A stretch of DNA of 32,000 nt. Origin: Stappia sp. 28M-7 (lineage in GTDB: Bacteria; Pseudomonadota; Alphaproteobacteria; Rhizobiales; Stappiaceae). The notes beneath the pieces are model-generated. The model ran no database searches, was not told the DNA's origin, and worked only from the letters and a program-made list of their open reading frames with translations. Shown in pieces: positions 28,501 through 32,000 of the stretch (position 1 is the first letter of the stretch; the number at the start of each line of letters is the position of its first letter). The stretch is taken from contig NZ_JACMIA010000001.1 in the NCBI RefSeq assembly GCF_014252955.1, forward strand, positions 1,974,258 through 2,006,257, written 5' to 3'. The position numbers and the translations under genes are program-made.

Positions 28501-29256
28501 CTTGCCGCGCTGCCCGAAACACTGCCGCCGCGGTTCGCCATCGAACGCCGGGCGCTCGACCGCGCGTCCTGGCTTTCGGTCCGGGATGCGGCGGCCGGCC
28601 GGGGCGTTTCCGGCACGGCGCTGGTGCTTGCGGCCTTCGCCGCCGGCTTGCGCAGGTGGTCGGCGGACACGGAGCGTTTCTCCCTGCAACTTGCCTATCC
28701 CGACCGCAAGCCGCTGCATGCGGAAGCGATGAACATCGCCTGCGAGGCGAGCGCGGCAATGGCGGTCCCGTTCGATTTCGCGGGGGCGCCGAGTTTCGGG
28801 GATCTCATGGAGCGAACCGAGGCGGCGATCCGCGAGAACCTGTCGCAGCTGCTGTGCGGAGGGCTCGCCGACGACACTGCGGCGGAGGACCTGCCGACGC
28901 TGATGTTCCCGGTGGCGATGACATCGCTGCTCGGCGTGCGGCAGGCCTATGCGCTGCCGGAAAGCGCCGACCCGCTGCTCGGCATGCCGGCCTATGAATA
29001 CGCGGCCCAGCCGCAGGTGGCGCTGCATTTCCAGGTGCTGGAGGAGGAGCGCGAGCTGCTGTGCAACATCGACGAGATCTCCGGACTGTTCCCGCAAGGG
29101 CTCGCCGCATCCGTCTTCGATACGGTGATGGCGATCCTCGCGAAGGGCGAGAAGGCATGGTCGCTGCCGCTGGAGGAGTTCGCCGGTACCGGTGCGCCCC
29201 GTGAGGGCGCCAGCTCCCTGCGCGCCTGGCTCGGAGGCTTTGGCCATGTCGGGTGA
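22597..29256 (+). CDS. Hybrid PKS-NRPS: KS-(AT-less linker)-C-methyltransferase-KR-like-ACP-ACP-Cy
   Basis: Frame 22429-29256 is trimmed to ATG 22597 (MRAFDMSLFTEIYQDVEPVAIIGAGCRF...), with AGGA 6 nt upstream. The start lies 36 nt after the gene 1 stop. Domain motifs are listed separately. Stop TGA at 29254-29256. Confidence 0.93.
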   Translation: MRAFDMSLFTEIYQDVEPVAIIGAGCRFMGAADPFTFWQRLADGEELSRRVTAQDLAAAGLDPSLLERDDFVPVASVVDEAEHFDAELFGYSPAEAATIDPQQRLFLACSREALDMAGLAETVAGMRVGVFGSARMSTFSMPQPEDVLSAGQSRTFQRLIGNDKDYLATRTAYKLGLTGPALTVQTACSSSLVAVHVACEQLRSGECDLALAGGAALTFPMAAGYFHQPGMIFSPDGTCRPFDAEASGTFIGNGVGVVLLKPLRRALEDGDGILAVIRGSAVNNDGTDKAGFTAPSLAGQRAVIEEAMALAGVTSDSIGMVETHGTATPLGDPIELNALAEAFGRDTPRRHPCALGALKANTGHLDTAAGIGALIKAAFSVRTGLIAPCLHFRKPNPALEIDATPFMVPQALQAWPDGPRIAGVSSFGIGGTNCHVIVEDLPEPLKPARLKADGPLQLALSAPDLPGLRALSQAHADLLLEGAYEGELPRYCETLARQHKGARGARLEIGGGNGLELARTLSLFARTGGEDAAFVQDKDAAAPCWRAGLAETEAELPAGPAGPRVIAPVAPRVGGRIARPGAREGRDDGWGELVASLQEASRLRAAEHDWSSLDAEGAAVARLHAIHVAHAFDRLGVFADGAWRTVEEAMAAGGILPHYAQLTARLLRDLVDEGVLRREGDRFGALQVPPMAEAAPLLDDMAGRGYRRLTGMVARVGPQLAQMLTGTVDAVSLVFPSAAMDDVEDMYERQRDSVFLNDLAADAVAAIVEALPAGKPLRVLEIGAGTGGTTSALLPVLPARRTRYTFTDIGPLFLRKARDKFAAFPFLDFATLDIEKDLAAQGFEPGSYDLVVAANVLHNGRDLTRVLTDVRGLLAPGGVLLMREISQPKPLFDFIFGPLVPVLDDIEARGGELFPSLARWGAFLTGAGWSDWSSFPPEGQKDGAIGETILLARNGKPAAPVASTSLANRSETVSTTDAAGLIAGLAARAGDGFWRFEGVRLVPAAKPQALRWTSVETELALATETGAEVIAARPARFAGTTLPPMPGENAAAVAGSLAEALRPALAGFDGQGPLVADAVSGTGTDVSGGRLSVRSHDAGGLGIAVFDKTDWPVLWIDNLRRVRPAAAATRPQLCHWRWEAANSRVSAGRVAAVIPFETELSLPADAGDGDTCLVDLTKADEGRSLSALSAALAALLPAAAKSGCRIVLLTRGALAAVPWDRPCAPLMAGLAGLVRVAAQEYPGLALRLVDDDGSHGEDALHRACLVEDGEAVVALRRGRRFVPRLMAQEAAPSSFGVEPDGLHLLLGGLSPMGLATAEWLAGKGARSIRIAARRTPSEAEAARIAALTAAGVEVAVDSNIDLADAAATDRLLSAIEGGTLASLFHFAGHLEDRPLASLDAAALERVLAPKLRPAEALCRHIARLAPRRVVFASSAATVFGPAGQGAHAIANAALEGLATALRADGIAATALAWGFWGDGRAERVRLAQDLAGRGMLTLAPDEALSLMEAALDLGHAVASPLHVDWQALAGAAGGRLPPALSRMAQAAPAREPALAHGDTVEPVGIETWLVDRLASLLALPRERIDMQASLLSLGIDSLMMLELAQAVKGELGLELSAAFALQDQTPASLARHLAEAGGQLPPKAAGADLAAIVMNLIADLLSLPADTVRPESRLIDLGLDSLLFLDLSERLAAETGLRLSGEAAMRFDTVGALIEGIRSQGGSREDAEAGSLRAALAELSASRQGLLLANGDLAPVPVRPGMTWSLSPLQRAWWLGRRAGAPLGGTARHMYVEYDKETASFDLDAFEQAWARFVQRHPALRMTVDDEGRAVPADVETVPPIVREDLSGLTDAEREERLAETRRRMSAQAFDLSAWPFFEWRASLLPEGRLRLHFDIDTTFLDIESFQVMLRELGRHVGAPGQELPPLSFAATDYMRGMALVGKTQAAEQARAAARRRLAALPPAPDLPLAALPETLPPRFAIERRALDRASWLSVRDAAAGRGVSGTALVLAAFAAGLRRWSADTERFSLQLAYPDRKPLHAEAMNIACEASAAMAVPFDFAGAPSFGDLMERTEAAIRENLSQLLCGGLADDTAAEDLPTLMFPVAMTSLLGVRQAYALPESADPLLGMPAYEYAAQPQVALHFQVLEEERELLCNIDEISGLFPQGLAASVFDTVMAILAKGEKAWSLPLEEFAGTGAPREGASSLRAWLGGFGHVG
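22651..23925 (+). other. Domain: ketosynthase KS2 (C-H-H intact)
   Basis: VAIIGAGCRF, DPQQRLFL, VQTACSSS (Cys codon 23158-23160), ETHGTATPLGDPIE, KANTGHLDTAAG, GIGGTNCHVIVE. Confidence 0.92.
24450..25465 (+). other. Domain: SAM-dependent C-methyltransferase (PKS cMT type)
   Basis: LRVLEIGAGTGGTT (intact GxGxG), YTFTDIGPLF, YDLVVAANVLHNGRD, LLAPGGVLLMRE. Confidence 0.85.
26200..27030 (+). other. Domain: KR-like, with catalytic Tyr replaced by His and a weakened NADPH motif
   Basis: The KR structural part is RIVLLTRGA...GLVRVAAQEYPGL. The Rossmann motif reads LLLGGLSPMGLATAEWL (GGxSxxG, not GGxGxxG). Lys (APKLRP) and Ser (FASSAATVFG) are present, but the expected Y reads H in GQGAHAIANAAL (His codon 26935-26937). 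Confidence 0.7.
27289..27505 (+). other. Domain: carrier protein (ACP3)
   Basis: LLSLGIDSLMMLEL, Ser codon 27385-27387. Confidence 0.85.
27541..27755 (+). other. Domain: second tandem carrier protein (ACP4, or a functional PCP)
   Basis: LIDLGLDSLLFLDL, Ser codon 27637-27639. Confidence 0.85.
27880..29253 (+). other. Domain: C-terminal heterocyclization-type domain (Cy3)
   Basis: LSPLQRAWWLGRR is a variant of FPLTxxQxAYxxGR. DxxxxDxxS is present as DTTFLDIES (28285-28311). The domain is full-length (about 455 aa) and runs to the stop codon. Confidence 0.8.
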
Positions 29257-30370
29257 GGTGCTGAACGTCGTCGTCTGCGGCACCTGCTTCGGCGAGCACT
29301 ACCTTGCCGCCATCGCACGGCTTGGCGGGGATGTCCGCCTGGCCGGCATCCTGGCGCGCGGGGGCGCTCGCTCGCGTGCGCTCGCCGCTCATCTGGACGT
29401 GCCGCTCTATCGGGACGTTGCGGACCTGCCGGCCGATATCGACGTGGCCTGCGTCGTTGTCCGCACCACGCTGTTCGGCGGCGACGGCAGCCGCCTTGCC
29501 GAGGCACTGCTGAAGCGCGGCATTCATGTGCTGCAGGAGCACCCCGTGCATCCGGGAGAGGTCGCCTCGCTGCGCCGGCAGGCGGAGGGCGCAGGCGTGC
29601 GCTACCACGTCAACAGCTTCTACCCGCATCTGCCGGCGTTCCGGCATTTCATCGCCTATGCGAGCGCGGCGGGCGAACGGGCCCCGGCGGCCTTTGCCGA
29701 AGTCACCACCAGCCCGCAGCTGCTCTATTCGGCGCTCGACAGCCTGGGGCGCAGCCTCGGCTCGCTGGCCGGGCTCGAATGCCTCGGCCCTCTGGTTCCG
29801 CCGTCCGAGGCGTTGCCGTTCCATGCCTTCCAGGGGCGGGTCGGCGGCATTCCCTTCTCATTGATGCTGCAATCCTGGCTCGACCCGTCCGACCCGGATC
29901 ACCACTCGCTGGTCATGCACCGCATGGCGGTCGGCTGGCCCGAGGGCGCGGTCAATCTGGTCAACAGTTTCGGCCCCGTCGTGTGGAGCCATTCGCTCTA
30001 TGCGCCCGACTATCGGCAGGACGGCGAGGCGAGCTCCTATCTGCTGTCGCCGGAGCGCCATGCCGGCTGTCGCCACTTCACGCAGCCGAGCGCCCATGTG
30101 CTGGGCTCGCCCGCCGGCGCGCCGTTCTGGGACGTGGTGCATGGCGAATTTCCCGAGGCGATCGGCCATGCGCTCGCCGAGCTGCGCTGCGCCATCGAGG
30201 CGCCGGGCAGCGTGCCCTGGCAGTCGGACGCCTATCTCGCCGACCTCGGCAAGGCCTGGCTGACCGTGTTGCGCCAGGCCGGACCGCCGCGCGAACGCGC
30301 CATGCCGGTGCCGCCGCCGCCCCATCCCGATCCCGTTGAATTCGCAAGGACCCTCACCGATGCCGACTGA
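29246..30370 (+). CDS. Thiazolinyl imide reductase (YbtU/Irp3/PchG family)
   Basis: ATG 29246 (MSGEVLNVVVCGTCFGEHYL...) has GGAGG 8 nt upstream and overlaps the gene 2 stop by 11 nt. Blocks match my memory of Irp3/YbtU: ARGGARSRALAAHLDVPLY, DVACVVVRTTLFGG, GIHVLQEHPVHPGEV, NSFYPH, TTSPQLLYSALD, LDPSDPDHHSLVMHRMAVGWPEG, FGPVVWSHSLY. Confidence 0.9.
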   Translation: MSGEVLNVVVCGTCFGEHYLAAIARLGGDVRLAGILARGGARSRALAAHLDVPLYRDVADLPADIDVACVVVRTTLFGGDGSRLAEALLKRGIHVLQEHPVHPGEVASLRRQAEGAGVRYHVNSFYPHLPAFRHFIAYASAAGERAPAAFAEVTTSPQLLYSALDSLGRSLGSLAGLECLGPLVPPSEALPFHAFQGRVGGIPFSLMLQSWLDPSDPDHHSLVMHRMAVGWPEGAVNLVNSFGPVVWSHSLYAPDYRQDGEASSYLLSPERHAGCRHFTQPSAHVLGSPAGAPFWDVVHGEFPEAIGHALAELRCAIEAPGSVPWQSDAYLADLGKAWLTVLRQAGPPRERAMPVPPPPHPDPVEFARTLTDAD

Positions 30371-31130
30371 ACCGGTCGCAGAGCGCACCCGCAGCGCCTA
30401 TTCCGCCCTCGACGAGGCTTTCGTGCAGGCCGGGCTCGACGGGCACGCGCATTTCCTCAACTGGGGCTATGAGCCGATTGCCGGGCTTGCCGACGGTGCC
30501 GTTCCCGGACTTGTGCAGCCGGGCGCCAACGAGGCGTGCGAGCGTCTCGTCGCCGAACTGGTGGGTCCCGTCTCGCTCGACGGTCTGCGGGTTGCGGACA
30601 TCGGCTGCGGCCGTGGTGGCGCGCTGGATGTCGTCCTGCGCCGGTTCCGCCCACTGTCGGCCATCGGGCTCGATCTCAGCGCCGACAACATCGCCGGGGC
30701 CCGGCGGTTGCTCTCCGGGCGACGCGTCCGCCTGCAGGTGGCCGATGCCTGTGCGCTGCCGCTGGGGGAGGCCAGCCAGGATGTCGTCCTCAACCTGGAA
30801 TCCTCCGGGGCCTATCCGGACATGGGCGCCTTCCTGCAGCACGTCCGGCGCGTGCTGGCGCCCGGCGGGTTGTTCCTGCACGGCGACCTCTGGCCGTCCG
30901 AGCTGGTCGGCCCGTTCATCGAGACGATGGAGGAGATGGGCTTCGTGCTGGAGAGCCTGCGCGACGTGACGCGGCAGGTGTGCCGCGCGCGCGACCGGAT
31001 GCCCGCCGGGCTGATGTCGCGCCTTGCCGGCAGCAGGGGCGCGGCAGAGGTGGAGGACTACTTCGCCGCACCCGGCTCGGCCATGTACGACTGCCTCGAC
31101 CGGGGCGCCATCGCCTATCTGCTTTGCCGC
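30360..31130 (+). other. Domain: class I SAM methyltransferase
   Basis: HFLNWGYEP, VADIGCGRGGALD (intact GxGxG, about 30591-30629), VVLNLES, LAPGGLFLHGD. Confidence 0.8.
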
Positions 31131-32000
31131 TGGCGGCGCGGCGAAGACCCGGGCGGAAGCGTGGACACGGGCCCGCTCGAGAGGCGCGCGGCGCGGATCG
31201 ATGCGCTGCTGGGCGAGGCGCGCGCCTCGCTTGCCGAGCGTGCCGACTGGTTCCCGTTCGGCGGGCCGAGACGAGGCGCCGACGTCAACATCCTCGCCTT
31301 TCCCCATGCGGTGGCCGGTGCCTCGGCCTTCAAGAACTGGCAGGCCCGGTTCCCGCGCGACTGGCAGGTCTCGCCGGTGCAGCTGCCCGGCCGCGAGGGA
31401 CGGATCGCCGAGCCGCCGTTCACCTCGCTGTCGGCGGCCGTCGAGGCCTTGCTGCCGAAGGTGAGACCCTACCGGGACACGCCGCTCGTTCTTCTCGGCT
31501 GGAGCCTTGGCAGCAAGATCGCGTTCGAGCTGGCGCACCGGCTGGAGCAGGAAGGCGTCTGCCAGCCGCTGCTGGTGGTGGCTGGCGTGTGTCCCGGACC
31601 GCATCAGCCGCTGCCGGATCTTCGCAGCTTTTTCGGCGAGGACGGCATGGAAACGCGGCTGCGGCTGCTCGGCGGAACGCCGGAGAACATCCTGTCGAGC
31701 GGCGAGATGCTGTCGGCGCTGCAAACGACGATGGAGGGCGATACCGCGATGGCGGCGAGCTATCGCAGCGAGGCGGTGATCCGCGCGCCGATGCTGGCGC
31801 TGTCCGCCACCGGCGATGAGCTCGTCTCAAAGGAGGCGGTGGAAAGCTGGCGGCCGCGCACGGCGGGAGGCTTCACCCATCGCCGGCTGGAGGGCGGACA
31901 TTTCATGGCGCGCGACGATGCGCCGACCGTCGCCGGCGTGGTGAAGGAGGCGGTCGCAGCGCGCCTGCGCCAGGGCTCCCGACAGGCGGAGGTCGCATGA
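30360..32000 (+). CDS. Fusion protein: class I SAM-dependent methyltransferase (N-terminal) + type II-like thioesterase (C-terminal)
   Basis: ATG 30360 (MPTEPVAERTRSAY...) has AAGGA 9 nt upstream and overlaps the gene 3 stop by 11 nt. The reading frame is continuous to TGA 31998-32000, the last bases of the window. Confidence 0.88.
   Translation: MPTEPVAERTRSAYSALDEAFVQAGLDGHAHFLNWGYEPIAGLADGAVPGLVQPGANEACERLVAELVGPVSLDGLRVADIGCGRGGALDVVLRRFRPLSAIGLDLSADNIAGARRLLSGRRVRLQVADACALPLGEASQDVVLNLESSGAYPDMGAFLQHVRRVLAPGGLFLHGDLWPSELVGPFIETMEEMGFVLESLRDVTRQVCRARDRMPAGLMSRLAGSRGAAEVEDYFAAPGSAMYDCLDRGAIAYLLCRWRRGEDPGGSVDTGPLERRAARIDALLGEARASLAERADWFPFGGPRRGADVNILAFPHAVAGASAFKNWQARFPRDWQVSPVQLPGREGRIAEPPFTSLSAAVEALLPKVRPYRDTPLVLLGWSLGSKIAFELAHRLEQEGVCQPLLVVAGVCPGPHQPLPDLRSFFGEDGMETRLRLLGGTPENILSSGEMLSALQTTMEGDTAMAASYRSEAVIRAPMLALSATGDELVSKEAVESWRPRTAGGFTHRRLEGGHFMARDDAPTVAGVVKEAVAARLRQGSRQAEVA
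31280..31960 (+). other. Domain: alpha/beta-hydrolase thioesterase, type II-like motifs
   Basis: NILAFPHAVAGASAFKNWQ (compare TEII CFPxAGGSAxxFxxW), GWSLGSKIAFE (Ser codon 31503-31505), GGHFM (His codon 31899-31901). Confidence 0.82.

Noticed and set aside
1-32000. Search by eye for tRNA/rRNA genes, CRISPR repeat arrays, IS/transposase or integrase genes, and terminal inverted repeats flanking the cluster.
   Set aside because: I found none. The intergenic regions are short and contain only hairpins and palindromes, and no repeat-spacer periodicity or recombinase-like ORF is present.

Overview
This is a very GC-rich bacterial chromosomal segment in which codon third positions are almost uniformly G/C. 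The gene content and a TGA-N9-TCA operator-like palindrome suggest an alphaproteobacterium of the Rhizobiales/Hyphomicrobiales type, but that is inference only.

Positions 1-8610 hold ordinary genes. These are a partial LysR regulator divergent from mmsA, a thiolase, a ChaN-like secreted protein, a small lipoprotein, an NhaP2/CvrA-type K+/H+ antiporter with a disordered tail, and a saccharopine-dehydrogenase-family oxidoreductase.

Positions 8726-32000 hold the main item. An AraC-family regulator is divergently transcribed from a tightly coupled four-gene hybrid PKS-NRPS operon:
- Gene 1 (9980-22561) reads FAAL-ACP-KS-AT-KR-ACP-Cy-A(embedded MT-like)-PCP-Cy-PCP.
- Gene 2 (22597-29256) reads KS-(no AT)-cMT-KR-like-ACP-ACP-Cy.
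- Gene 3 (29246-30370) is a thiazolinyl imide reductase of the YbtU/Irp3/PchG type.
- Gene 4 (30360-32000) is a methyltransferase fused to a type II-like thioesterase.

The logic is that of a yersiniabactin/pyochelin/micacocidin-type polythiazoline metallophore, with several non-canonical features. The starter is fatty-acyl-primed PKS rather than salicylate. The second PKS module has no AT. Its KR looks degenerate. It ends in tandem carrier domains followed by a terminal Cy, with no A, PCP or TE after it. Release appears to rely on the MT-TE fusion.

The window ends exactly at the stop codon of gene 4, so the cluster may continue downstream. I saw no tRNA, rRNA, CRISPR array or mobile element. 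The many long antisense ORFs in the track are GC-rich shadow frames.
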